From positions 1-64,000 of the IMG/VR virus record IMGVR_UViG_3300005512_000016: a stretch of 64,000 bases of DNA. One strand, 5' to 3'. The notes beneath the pieces are model-generated. The model saw only the letters and a list, made by a program, of their open reading frames with translations. It was not told the DNA's origin and made no database searches. Shown one piece after another: positions 18,686 through 28,337 of this stretch (the first letter of the stretch is position 1; every line of letters starts with the position of its first letter). The position numbers and the translations under genes were made by a program. The DNA comes from an uncultured virus (IMG/VR IMGVR_UViG_3300005512_000016) (Duplodnaviria; Heunggongvirae; Uroviricota; Caudoviricetes).

Positions 18686-19651
18686 ATGACAAAAATTTTA
18701 TGTAGTGCTGACTGGCATATACTTTTACACAAAAAGAAGGTTCCATATGATTGGCAAGTAGGTAGATTTAAAGCTATGTTCAGAAAGCTAATTGCCCTAG
18801 AACAGCGGTGTGATGTGCATATTATTGCTGGTGACATATTTGATAAAAAACCTGAGCCAGATGAAATCTGTTTATTTTTAAGCTATATCAATTCAGTCAC
18901 AATTCCCACATACATTATCCCTGGCAATCACGAAGCCACTAGAAAAGGAGAATCATTTTTTGAATACTTTACTCAAGAGAATGCCATCAAAAATGAGAAC
19001 GTCACTGTGTTTACTAGAAACGGACGTGCGAGTGTTGGTGAAGCGAATTTTTGCTTTTTTCCGTATGGGGAAATGCAAAAAGACAATCTCCCTAATTACG
19101 TGGAAGGCGACATACTGGTTACACATATTCGCGGAGAAGTGCCGCCGCATGTATCGCCAGAATATGACTTTTCCCGTCTCGCCCCTTGGCGCTTATGTTT
19201 ACTTGGTGACTTACACTTTAATCATCGTTATGGTGACAGCGACTGTTACTATCCTGGTAGTCCACTAAATACTACTTTTGATCGTGATGAGAAACGTCAA
19301 TATGGTGTAGATATCTATGACTTTAGTAGCGATAAAGACTATAAACGTGAGTTTGTAGATTTACAACTACCAAAGCTAGTTCGTAAACGTATTGTAGCTG
19401 GAGAACCTATGCCTGAAGATAAAATAAATCATGTGGTGTATGAAGTTACTGGCTCAGTAGATGAACTAACTAAGATTGAGAATACAGAACTGCTAGATAA
19501 GAAGATAGCATCTGCACCTGATGACACCTCCAAACTAGACTTAAAAAATAAAACTACATTTGAAGAGCTAGAGTTATACTTAGACTATATTAAGATTAAA
19601 GATAAAACTGCTGTACTAAGTGAGTTCAAAGAGTTAAATATAAATGTGTGA
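18686..19651 (+). CDS. SbcD/Mre11-like nuclease (T5 D12-like)
   Basis: ADWH, AGDIFD, GNHE, THIRG, GDLH, YPGSP. Confidence 0.92.
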   Translation: MTKILCSADWHILLHKKKVPYDWQVGRFKAMFRKLIALEQRCDVHIIAGDIFDKKPEPDEICLFLSYINSVTIPTYIIPGNHEATRKGESFFEYFTQENAIKNENVTVFTRNGRASVGEANFCFFPYGEMQKDNLPNYVEGDILVTHIRGEVPPHVSPEYDFSRLAPWRLCLLGDLHFNHRYGDSDCYYPGSPLNTTFDRDEKRQYGVDIYDFSSDKDYKREFVDLQLPKLVRKRIVAGEPMPEDKINHVVYEVTGSVDELTKIENTELLDKKIASAPDDTSKLDLKNKTTFEELELYLDYIKIKDKTAVLSEFKELNINV

Positions 19652-21079
19652 TGTTACCTATAATAGGGTGTTCTGGGAATATCTTCAGACTAAATCTTAT
19701 ATGCGACCTCTAAGCAGCTACTTTTGTCATGAGCTAGTACCTAGTCTTGGCGTTAAAGTTCTTGATCCGCCCTACAAAAAGTGTGATGACTTTAAAAAAG
19801 ACTATACATGGTTAGTTCGCAACTTTAAACGCAGATATCCTCATAAACGGTTTGTGCTTGCGCTATCAGGTGGCATAGACTCTGAGGTGTGTGCAGAAAC
19901 CTTTTATCAACTAGATATTCCTTTTAGAGCTGTCAGTTTACGTTTATTTGACGGAGCAAATGATTTTGACATCGCATTTGCGGCTAGATACTGCAAAACA
20001 CGAAACATTGATTACAAAATTTATAATCTTTCACTCTCACACTTAAAGAGTTCAGTAATCCCAAAAGCCGTCGAGTTTGGACAGTTTACACATTCTGCTT
20101 CTCAATGTGCCTTAACACATTTATTTGACTATGTAGATGATGGTATCTTCAGACTAAATCTTATATGCGACCTCTAAGCAGCTACTTTTGTCATGAGCTA
20201 GTTCCTAGTCTTGGAGTTAAAGTACTTGATCCGCCCTACAAAAAGTGTGATGACTTTAAAAAAGACTATACATGGTTAGTTCGTAACTTTAAACGTAGAT
20301 ATCCTAATAAACGTTTTGTACTTGCGTTATCAGGTGGTATAGACTCTGAGGTGTGTGCAGAAACTTTTTATCAATTAGATATTCCTTTTAGAGCTGTCAG
20401 TTTACGTTTATTTGACGGAGCAAATGATTTTGACATCGCATTTGCGGCTAGATACTGCAAAACACGGAACATTGATTACAAAATTTATAATCTTTCACTC
20501 TCACACTTAAAGAGTTCAGTAATCCCAAAAGCCGTCGAGTTTGGACAGTTTACACATTCTGCTTCTCAATGTGCGCTAACACACTTATTTGAGCATGTAG
20601 ATGATGATGAAATTCTAATAATGAGCGGACATAATCCAGACTATCATCCACAGTTAGGTTTTGGTTGGATGGAAGACTCTATCAATATGGTAAAGTATGC
20701 TATAAACACTGATAATCGGTTTATGACTTTTACTAGCCTTGAGCCTATCTTTGTTCACTATATGAAAAATTTTGATGCAAGCTTGCCTGGTGGAAAGAAT
20801 AACGATTTTATCTATAAGGCATTTCCTGCTTTATCAATAAGAAAAAAAATGACAGGATGGGAAGCTGCTTTAGATCAGCAATCTGAGTGTGAATCTATAG
20901 TTAGAAAACTTTCTAATCATGCATATGCAACATTCGTAACATGGCCCGAGCTTACTCTAAGACGTAAACTAGAAGTAGAAAAAAAGTTAGATGAGTATTT
21001 TCAAAAGCACAAATTACAAGATACTTGGTTATCATACAAATTACAAAAAGGAGTAAAAAGTGGCATATATAAAACTTAA
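19644..21079 (+). CDS. PP-loop (adenine nucleotide alpha-hydrolase) protein, split into ORFs 19644..20177 and 20165..21079 by a 464-bp duplication
   Basis: LALSGGIDS motif; collapsing the duplication gives one 323-aa ORF. Confidence 0.7.
19680..20606 (+). repeat. Tandem duplication with period 464 bp and diverged copies
   Basis: tatcttcagactaaatc at 19680 and 20144; about 18 substitutions by eye, mostly synonymous. Confidence 0.95.
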
Positions 21080-22889
21080 GAAACTAGAGTTTTCTAATCT
21101 ATTTTCATATGGCAAAAATAATGTGATTAACTTTGAGAAAAATAAGATCAGTCAACTAACCGCTCCGAATGGTAGTGGTAAAACCTCTATCGCTATGATT
21201 CTTCAAGAAACACTTTTCAATAAGAATATTAAATCTATAAAAAAGAATGATTTACTCAATAGGTGGTCAAGCTCTAAAACATGGTCTAGTACTCTCTATT
21301 TTACAACAAATTCAAAAAACTATGAAATATCTGTAAAACGCGTTGGTGCACAAACTAAGATACAACTGCTAGAGGAAGGAGTTGACATAAGTGACCATAA
21401 AGTATTAGATACTTATAAAAAAATTCAAGAGATTGTAGGCTTAGATTTTGAAGTTTTTTCTCAACTCACTTATCAATCATCAGTAGATTTACTAGACTTT
21501 CTAAAAGCGACAGACACCAATAGAAAAAAGTTTCTCATTAACTTATTCAATCTTGAAAAGTATGTAAATATAGGAGAAACAATAAAAGTAAAGTTAAATA
21601 CTACAGATAAAGAACTAGCTAAGATTAGTGGTGAGCTAAAGTCTATTGAAGACTTTTTAAATAATGTTGTTATACCAGAAAAACAAACAGAAAAAGCAGT
21701 GCCTGACATTGATGAGTCGCTACAACAAAGAATTGGTGTTTTAGATGAACAGCTAAAAAACTACTTTGAAACCTGTAAAAAGATAGATAAAAATAATCTA
21801 TACATAAAAGAGAGAGAAAATTTAAGATTTAAAATTGATATGCCTGCTCCTTTATCTTTTGATAAATTTAATGAGTATACAGATGCAAAAAATGAATTAC
21901 GTAGTATTCAACAAGATATAGCAAGATGGAAAAAAGAAATGACAGGGTTAGATACTAATGATACTTGTCCTGCCTGTGGTCAGTCAATAGATAACTCTCA
22001 TGCTACTCTATTAATTCATAATAATAAAGCAAAAATCATAAATGCTGAGAATAACTATAACGAAAAACTAACACAAGTAAAAGAGTGGAGTGATGAGATT
22101 AAAGAGATCGAAACTCAACAAAAACGGTATGAATTAAATCAGTCTGCTATAGAAAAGTTTGAATCTTTATCGCAGATCATAGATAATAGCATACCTGTTG
22201 AATATCCAGATGTTGACATGATTCAAAAGGAAAAAAAGGAGCTACTAGAAAAATACAAAATTCAAAAAGCTGTGGTAGACGAAATAGTAGAATTTAATAA
22301 ACAAGTTGGAGTAAATAATGCTAAAGTCGAAGCACTAGAAGAGCAAAAAACGGATTTTATAAATAGACAAGCTCTTGTTAAAAATGATACATTAGTCTTA
22401 CAAAATTCGTTGAATAATCTAAACATTTTAAAGAAAGCCTTTAGTACCTCAGGGATAGTAGCTTTCAAATTAGAAAATTTAACAAAAGAGCTTCAAAACT
22501 CAATTAACTATTATCTATCACTTCTAAGTGATGGTCAGTTTCAAGTCAAGTTTACATTAGATAGAGAAAAACTAAATATAATTGTAGTTAATAATGGTGT
22601 AAGCACCCCGATAGAAACTGTTTCAGGTGGAGAATTTAGCAGAATTCAGACGGCTATTTTACTAGCCATAAGAAACCTGTTGTCAAAACTAGGTGGCAGC
22701 AGTATCAATCTTCTTTTCTTAGATGAAATTACGGGTGTGTTAGATGACGAAGGAAAAGAAAAGTTGATAGAAGTTTTACAGATAGAAGAAAATCTTAATG
22801 TATTTCTTATATCACACGACTTTACTCATCCGTTAATAGATCAAATACAGATAACAAAGAACAATAATATAAGTTCGATAGAGGTATAA
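21060..22889 (+). CDS. SbcC/Rad50-like ATPase (T5 D13-like)
   Basis: APNGSGKT, coiled coil with CPAC zinc hook, VSGGE, LLFLDE, ISH. Confidence 0.93.
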   Translation: MAYIKLKKLEFSNLFSYGKNNVINFEKNKISQLTAPNGSGKTSIAMILQETLFNKNIKSIKKNDLLNRWSSSKTWSSTLYFTTNSKNYEISVKRVGAQTKIQLLEEGVDISDHKVLDTYKKIQEIVGLDFEVFSQLTYQSSVDLLDFLKATDTNRKKFLINLFNLEKYVNIGETIKVKLNTTDKELAKISGELKSIEDFLNNVVIPEKQTEKAVPDIDESLQQRIGVLDEQLKNYFETCKKIDKNNLYIKERENLRFKIDMPAPLSFDKFNEYTDAKNELRSIQQDIARWKKEMTGLDTNDTCPACGQSIDNSHATLLIHNNKAKIINAENNYNEKLTQVKEWSDEIKEIETQQKRYELNQSAIEKFESLSQIIDNSIPVEYPDVDMIQKEKKELLEKYKIQKAVVDEIVEFNKQVGVNNAKVEALEEQKTDFINRQALVKNDTLVLQNSLNNLNILKKAFSTSGIVAFKLENLTKELQNSINYYLSLLSDGQFQVKFTLDREKLNIIVVNNGVSTPIETVSGGEFSRIQTAILLAIRNLLSKLGGSSINLLFLDEITGVLDDEGKEKLIEVLQIEENLNVFLISHDFTHPLIDQIQITKNNNISSIEV

Positions 22890-22890
22890 C

Positions 22891-24633
22891 ATGGTAGAAA
22901 TAAATTTAAAACAAGATAAAAATATTACAGAACAAGCAATGAAGTTGTTAAAAGACTATTATTGTCGAGACGGTGAGACTAGCCCTCAACAAGCTTTCGC
23001 AAGAGCTGCTGCTTGTTATAGTCCTAACAATGCTTTTGCACAAAGAATTTATGACTATGTATCTAAAGGGTGGTTTATGTTTGCATCTCCAGTACTTTCA
23101 AATGCTGTAAAACCTGGAGAAAAAGTAAAAGCATTACCGATTTCTTGTTTTTTAACATATGTTCCTGACTCATTAGAAGGTTTGATTGATCATACAGCTG
23201 AACTCAGATGGTTGTCTGTTAAAGGTGGAGGAGTAGGAGGTCATTGGAGTGATGTTAGAGCTGTATCAGATAAAGCTCCAGGTCCTATGCCGTTTTTATC
23301 CACTGTAGATGCAGATATGGTAGCTTATAGACAAGGTAAAACACGTAAGGGTAGCTATGCTGCTTACCTTGATATTGACCATCCTGACATTATTGAATTT
23401 GTAAATATGAGAATACCTACAGGTGACGTAAATCGAAAATGCTTAAACTTACATAATGCTGTTAATATCACAGACAAATTTATGCAAGCAGTTGAAAACA
23501 ACGAAGACTGGTATCTTTTAGATCCTAATGACAGAAGTGTTAGAGACACAATCTCAGCAAGAAAACTTTGGGAAACTCTACTAGAAACTAGATTTAGAAC
23601 AGGTGAACCATATTTAAATTTTATTGATACAGCTAATAGGGCATTACCTCAACCTATGAAAGATAAAGGGTTAGTATTAAAAGGCTCTAACTTGTGTAAC
23701 GAAATTCATTTACCGACTAGTAAAGATAGAACTGCTGTTTGTTGTCTATCTTCTGTAAATATAGAAAAGTTTGATGAGTGGAAAGATACAGACATGATTA
23801 AAGATCTTACTAAGTTCTTAGATTATGTACTACAATTTTTTATCGATCATGCAGGAGATGAGATAAGTCGTGCAAGATACTCTGCACAACAAGAACGATC
23901 ATTAGGGTTAGGTGCTATGGGATTGCACTCATATTATCATAAACACAGAGTGCCTTTTGAATCTGCTAAAGCAGCACTTATAAATGAGACAATATTTAAG
24001 CATATAAAAGAACAAGCCCTAGAAGCTACTCTTGAAATGGGTAAAGAATTAGGTGAGTGTCCAGACATGGCAGGAACAGGTAGAAGAAACTCTCATATGT
24101 TAGCAATAGCTCCTAATGCTAATAGCTCTATATTATGTGATACATCTCCTTCTATAGAACCTTCTAAAGCTAATGCTTATACTCATAGAACTCGTGCAGG
24201 TTCACACTTAATTAAGAATAGATACTTAGAGGAAGAATTAGAAAAGTTAGGAAAAAACAATGAAAAAGTATGGACAAGCATTATAACTAGTGGTGGTTCT
24301 GTACAACATCTTAAGTTTTTATCTGACGAATTAAAAGCAGTATTTAAAACTGCAATAGAACTTGATCAGTCAAAAATAGTAGAACAAGCGGCTGCTAGAC
24401 AAAAATATTTATGCCAAGGTCAGTCACTAAATGTGTTTTTTCCTGCAGGAGCTAGTAAAAGTTATATACACAAGGTGCACTATCTTGCATGGAAACTAGG
24501 CTGTAAAGGACTATACTATTTAAGAACTGAGACTACGCAACGGGCAGAAAATGTTGCTGAAAAAATTAAAAGAGACAAATTAAAAGATTTTGTGGCACAA
24601 GAAGATGAATCTTGTGTAGCATGTGAAGGATAA
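22891..24633 (+). CDS. nrdA: Class I ribonucleotide reductase alpha subunit, no ATP cone
   Basis: PISCF, SNLCNEI, CCLSS, APNANSS, KGLYY, C-terminal CVACEG. Confidence 0.95.
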   Translation: MVEINLKQDKNITEQAMKLLKDYYCRDGETSPQQAFARAAACYSPNNAFAQRIYDYVSKGWFMFASPVLSNAVKPGEKVKALPISCFLTYVPDSLEGLIDHTAELRWLSVKGGGVGGHWSDVRAVSDKAPGPMPFLSTVDADMVAYRQGKTRKGSYAAYLDIDHPDIIEFVNMRIPTGDVNRKCLNLHNAVNITDKFMQAVENNEDWYLLDPNDRSVRDTISARKLWETLLETRFRTGEPYLNFIDTANRALPQPMKDKGLVLKGSNLCNEIHLPTSKDRTAVCCLSSVNIEKFDEWKDTDMIKDLTKFLDYVLQFFIDHAGDEISRARYSAQQERSLGLGAMGLHSYYHKHRVPFESAKAALINETIFKHIKEQALEATLEMGKELGECPDMAGTGRRNSHMLAIAPNANSSILCDTSPSIEPSKANAYTHRTRAGSHLIKNRYLEEELEKLGKNNEKVWTSIITSGGSVQHLKFLSDELKAVFKTAIELDQSKIVEQAAARQKYLCQGQSLNVFFPAGASKSYIHKVHYLAWKLGCKGLYYLRTETTQRAENVAEKIKRDKLKDFVAQEDESCVACEG

Positions 24634-24637
24634 AGAA

Positions 24638-25885
24638 ATGAATATTAGAATAGTAACAAAAAAAGATTGTCCATTTTGTGTAATGGCTAAAAACTGGTTT
24701 AAAGAGCATGGAATCGAATACGAAGAACAACTCATGGAAAGAGAAGAAGATAGATTAGCTTTTTATCAAACATTAAATGATATGGAAGAAACTATCGGTA
24801 AAAATGACAGAACAAGACGTATTAATTCTGTACCTCAAATATTTATTGATGATGAAAGAATAGGTGGATATGATAATCTTATGAGAATGAGTGATTCTTT
24901 AATTAAGAAAACCTCTGGTGGATTATTAAACTTTAGTGAAACTTACAAACCCTTTCATTATCCCTGGGCTGTAGAAATCACTACCAGACATGAAAAAGTG
25001 CATTGGATTGAAGATGAACTTGATCTATCTGAGGATGTAACAGATTGGAAAGGTGGTAAAGTCAGCGCAATAGAAAAAGAATATATAACAAATATTCTTA
25101 GGTTATTTACCCAGTCAGATGTTGCAGTAGGGCAAAACTACTATGATCAGTTTATTCCAAAGTTTAAGAATAATGAGGTAAGAAATATGCTTGGCTCTTT
25201 TGCTTCAAGAGAGGGTATACACCAAAGAGCATATGCGTTGCTTAATGAAACTTTAGGACTTCCTGATTCAGAATATCATGCATTTTTAGAATACTCTGAA
25301 ATGGCAGACAAAATTGAGTTTATGATGGATTCAAATGTTAATACTCAAAGAGGTCTAGGATTAGCACTAGCTAAGTCTGTATTTAATGAGGGTGTAGCTT
25401 TATTCGCATCTTTTGTTATGCTTCTTAACTTTCAAAGATCAGGTAAAATGAAAGGTATGGGTAAAGTTGTTGAGTGGTCTATTAGAGATGAGTCCATACA
25501 TGTTGAAGGTATAGCTAAAGTTTTTAGACAATATTGTTTAGAGTATCCTAGAATTGTAGGAGATAAATTCAAAGCTGATATTTATAATATGTCTACTCTA
25601 TCAGTTGAACTAGAAGATAAGTTCGTTGACTTAGCTTATAGTATGGGAGATATTGAAGGCTTATCAGCTGATGATGTAAAAACATATATAAGATATATAA
25701 CTGATCGTAGATTATTACAACTAGGACTAAAACCGAACTTTAAGGTAAAAGAAAATCCTTTACCTTGGCTCGAATGGGTTCTAAATGGAGCCGATCACAC
25801 TAACTTTTTCGAAAATCGTGTGACAGAATATGAAGTGGCTGGTCTTACTGGCTCATGGGAAGAAGCATACAAGGAGGTTGCATGA
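24638..25885 (+). CDS. nrdB: Glutaredoxin-fused ribonucleotide reductase beta subunit
   Basis: N-terminal CPFC...SVPQIFI..IGGY; R2 ligands TQSD, EGIHQRAY, EGVALF, RDESIH. Confidence 0.93.
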   Translation: MNIRIVTKKDCPFCVMAKNWFKEHGIEYEEQLMEREEDRLAFYQTLNDMEETIGKNDRTRRINSVPQIFIDDERIGGYDNLMRMSDSLIKKTSGGLLNFSETYKPFHYPWAVEITTRHEKVHWIEDELDLSEDVTDWKGGKVSAIEKEYITNILRLFTQSDVAVGQNYYDQFIPKFKNNEVRNMLGSFASREGIHQRAYALLNETLGLPDSEYHAFLEYSEMADKIEFMMDSNVNTQRGLGLALAKSVFNEGVALFASFVMLLNFQRSGKMKGMGKVVEWSIRDESIHVEGIAKVFRQYCLEYPRIVGDKFKADIYNMSTLSVELEDKFVDLAYSMGDIEGLSADDVKTYIRYITDRRLLQLGLKPNFKVKENPLPWLEWVLNGADHTNFFENRVTEYEVAGLTGSWEEAYKEVA

Positions 25886-26271
25886 CCACCAACTTTGAAA
25901 GAGTAAAAGTCTTTATGGAAACATTTGGACAAGAAGTAAAATCAGAAATTGAGTTACCCGATAAAAATACTCAAAAACTAAGAGTTCGTTTAATACAAGA
26001 AGAACTTACTGAGTTAATACAGGCATTAGCAGTAGAAGATGAAGTAGAAGTAGCAGATGCATTGACCGATATACTATATGTTACTTATGGAGCAGGTCAT
26101 GCTTTTGGAATAGACCTTGATGCTTGTTTTAAAGAAGTTCAAGAATCAAACATGAGTAAACTAGGAGCTGATGGGAAACCTGTATATAGATCAGACGGTA
26201 AAGTACAAAAAGGTCCAAACTACTGGAAACCAAATCTGCATAAGATACTATATAAGGAATTAAATGGCTAA
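25882..26271 (+). CDS. MazG-like / PRA-PH nucleotide pyrophosphohydrolase
   Basis: LIQEELTEL, EVADALTDILYV, SNMSK, DGKVQKGPNY. Confidence 0.88.
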   Translation: MTTNFERVKVFMETFGQEVKSEIELPDKNTQKLRVRLIQEELTELIQALAVEDEVEVADALTDILYVTYGAGHAFGIDLDACFKEVQESNMSKLGADGKPVYRSDGKVQKGPNYWKPNLHKILYKELNG

Positions 26272-26965
26272 CGGAAATAGCAACGGAAAACACCACTTAC
26301 GTAGGGTGCGAATAGACGACCTACTAACACACGACCCTATTACAATAAATCAGAAAAAAGTTTACGAAGCATATAAAAAAGGTAACAATCTTTTTCTTCA
26401 TGGCATAGCTGGAACAGGTAAAACATTTATTAGTTTATACTTAGCTCTCGAAGAAGTCTTAGATAGAAGTAGTGTGTATAATGACATAATCATTGTTAGA
26501 AGTGCAGTTACTACTAGAGATATAGGTTTTCTGCCAGGCGATGAACAAGAAAAAGTTTCTATGTACGAAGCTCCGTATAGGTCAATCTGTGCGGAGCTTT
26601 TTAATGTAAAAGATGCTTATGACTCACTTAAAGCACAAGGCAATGTAAAGTTTATGAGTACGTCTTTCATTAGGGGCATAACGATAAATCACGCCATAGT
26701 GATTGTGGATGAATGTCAGAACTTGAATTTTCATGAACTTGATAGTATAATAACTAGAGTTGGAAAAGACGCAAAAATTATATTCTGTGGAGATTACAAC
26801 CAAACAGACTTACAAAAAGATAATGATAAGAAGGGTGTTCTTGAATTTATGAAAATACTCTCTGAAGTTAATCACTTTGAAAAAGTTGAATTTGTAATAG
26901 ATGACATTGTAAGGTCTGACTTTTTAAAAGAGTACATAATAGCAAAATATAAACTAGGATTTTAG
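26264..26965 (+). CDS. phoH: PhoH family ATPase
   Basis: GIAGTGKT, IGFLPG, FIRG, DECQN, TRVG, GDYNQTD, DIVRS. Confidence 0.95.
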   Translation: MANGNSNGKHHLRRVRIDDLLTHDPITINQKKVYEAYKKGNNLFLHGIAGTGKTFISLYLALEEVLDRSSVYNDIIIVRSAVTTRDIGFLPGDEQEKVSMYEAPYRSICAELFNVKDAYDSLKAQGNVKFMSTSFIRGITINHAIVIVDECQNLNFHELDSIITRVGKDAKIIFCGDYNQTDLQKDNDKKGVLEFMKILSEVNHFEKVEFVIDDIVRSDFLKEYIIAKYKLGF

Positions 26966-26976
26966 AGTAATAACTC

Positions 26977-27498
26977 ATGTTCGTAAAAGAAGTAAAAATA
27001 GACTTTGATTTTAATTTTGAAGAGGTTGCTTGGGAAGAACACGCCCATAATTGCATACCATATCAAAAAGTAGAACTTAAAGATGTGCATGATAAGGTTG
27101 GTGGTTTTCCAAAATCATTAACTGTAAAGAACACTATGTTTTATCAAAAATTTTTTACTAGAGAAGAGATAGATTATAAAAATTTAGAAGAGCAATTAGG
27201 GATAGAAGCTGTTACGGTATCTATTATTAAACAACCTCCAGGTATGACTAATCCATTACATAGAGATACTTTTTACCAGATAAATAAACTTTACCCTAAT
27301 GATAAAAGACTTAAAGTAAGAGCTAATATCCAACTACTAGATTGGAAAGATGGTCATTTTCTTCAATATAATAAAACAGTGGTTAGTCATTGGAAAAAGA
27401 ACACAGGACATATGTGGGATTCAGACGTGTTACATCTAGCAGTAAATGCAGGTTTAGAAGATAGATACTCACTACAAGTATCAGGATTTTTACAATGA
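26977..27498 (+). CDS. Cupin / Fe(II) oxygenase-like protein
   Basis: QPPGMTNPLHRD (HxD) and distal His in VLHLAVNAG..RYSLQVSG. Confidence 0.65.
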   Translation: MFVKEVKIDFDFNFEEVAWEEHAHNCIPYQKVELKDVHDKVGGFPKSLTVKNTMFYQKFFTREEIDYKNLEEQLGIEAVTVSIIKQPPGMTNPLHRDTFYQINKLYPNDKRLKVRANIQLLDWKDGHFLQYNKTVVSHWKKNTGHMWDSDVLHLAVNAGLEDRYSLQVSGFLQ

Positions 27499-28337
27499 TA
27501 AGATTCAAAGGAGCAACCAGTGTTGCTGATGTTGAAGTTCTGTATAAAATTCATGAAGGGCATCAAGAGTGTAAAGTAAAAGACTTCCTTGAAGAGTATA
27601 AAGAATGGATGCAAAAAGGACATAATATTAATGGACTGGACAAGTTTACCCACCTTAGTTATGCAAATGGAACTACTGAGGTATTTGATAAGTTTTATCT
27701 TAGGCATTTAGAAAAAAGATTAAGATTTTTTAAAGGTGAATACTACTATCATAGTATAGCTGCAAGAGAGTGGTTTAGAGATAGATTTGCCTTTATTGAA
27801 GATGATGTTATAAAAAATGATGACGTAGTAGTTATAAGTGTACCTTTTAGTGATACAGGAAATTTACATTTCTATTATGATTGGCTGATGAAAGAGTGTT
27901 GCGAAAAAAATGTTCCTGTTTTGGTAGACATGGCATACATAAACCTAACAAAAAACTTTGAGTTGTCTCTTGATTATGATTGTATAGAAACAGTAGCAAC
28001 AAGTCTAAGTAAAGTATTTCCTGTGCAGTATTATAGAATAGGAATGAGACTTAATAAAGAGTTTAGAGATGATACTTTAGATGCTTACACTGATCAAAAC
28101 TATGTAAATCAGACCAGTGTTAACATGGGTTGTCATTTAATTAATAATTTTAGTAATACTCACACATATAATAAATACATTAATAAACAGAAAAAAATAT
28201 GCTGGGAGCTTGATGTTGAGCCTAGTGATTGCGTAATATTTGGGATAGATAAAAAAAATTTTCACCCAAAGCTAAACAGAGGCGGTAAGACTAATAGATT
28301 GTGTTTCAGCAGATTATGGGGTAACAATGGCGTGTAA
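27495..28337 (+). CDS. PLP-dependent fold-type I enzyme
   Basis: NGTTE, PFSDTG, VLVDMAY, SLSK (Schiff-base Lys), RIG. Confidence 0.75.
   Translation: MIRFKGATSVADVEVLYKIHEGHQECKVKDFLEEYKEWMQKGHNINGLDKFTHLSYANGTTEVFDKFYLRHLEKRLRFFKGEYYYHSIAAREWFRDRFAFIEDDVIKNDDVVVISVPFSDTGNLHFYYDWLMKECCEKNVPVLVDMAYINLTKNFELSLDYDCIETVATSLSKVFPVQYYRIGMRLNKEFRDDTLDAYTDQNYVNQTSVNMGCHLINNFSNTHTYNKYINKQKKICWELDVEPSDCVIFGIDKKNFHPKLNRGGKTNRLCFSRLWGNNGV

Noticed and set aside
210..28337. 5-hmdU-based thymidine hypermodification (PLP, radical SAM, flavin enzymes)
   Set aside because: The thymidylate enzyme is an ordinary ThyX; no dUMP hydroxymethylase, hmU kinase or amino acid:DNA transferase recognised in the window
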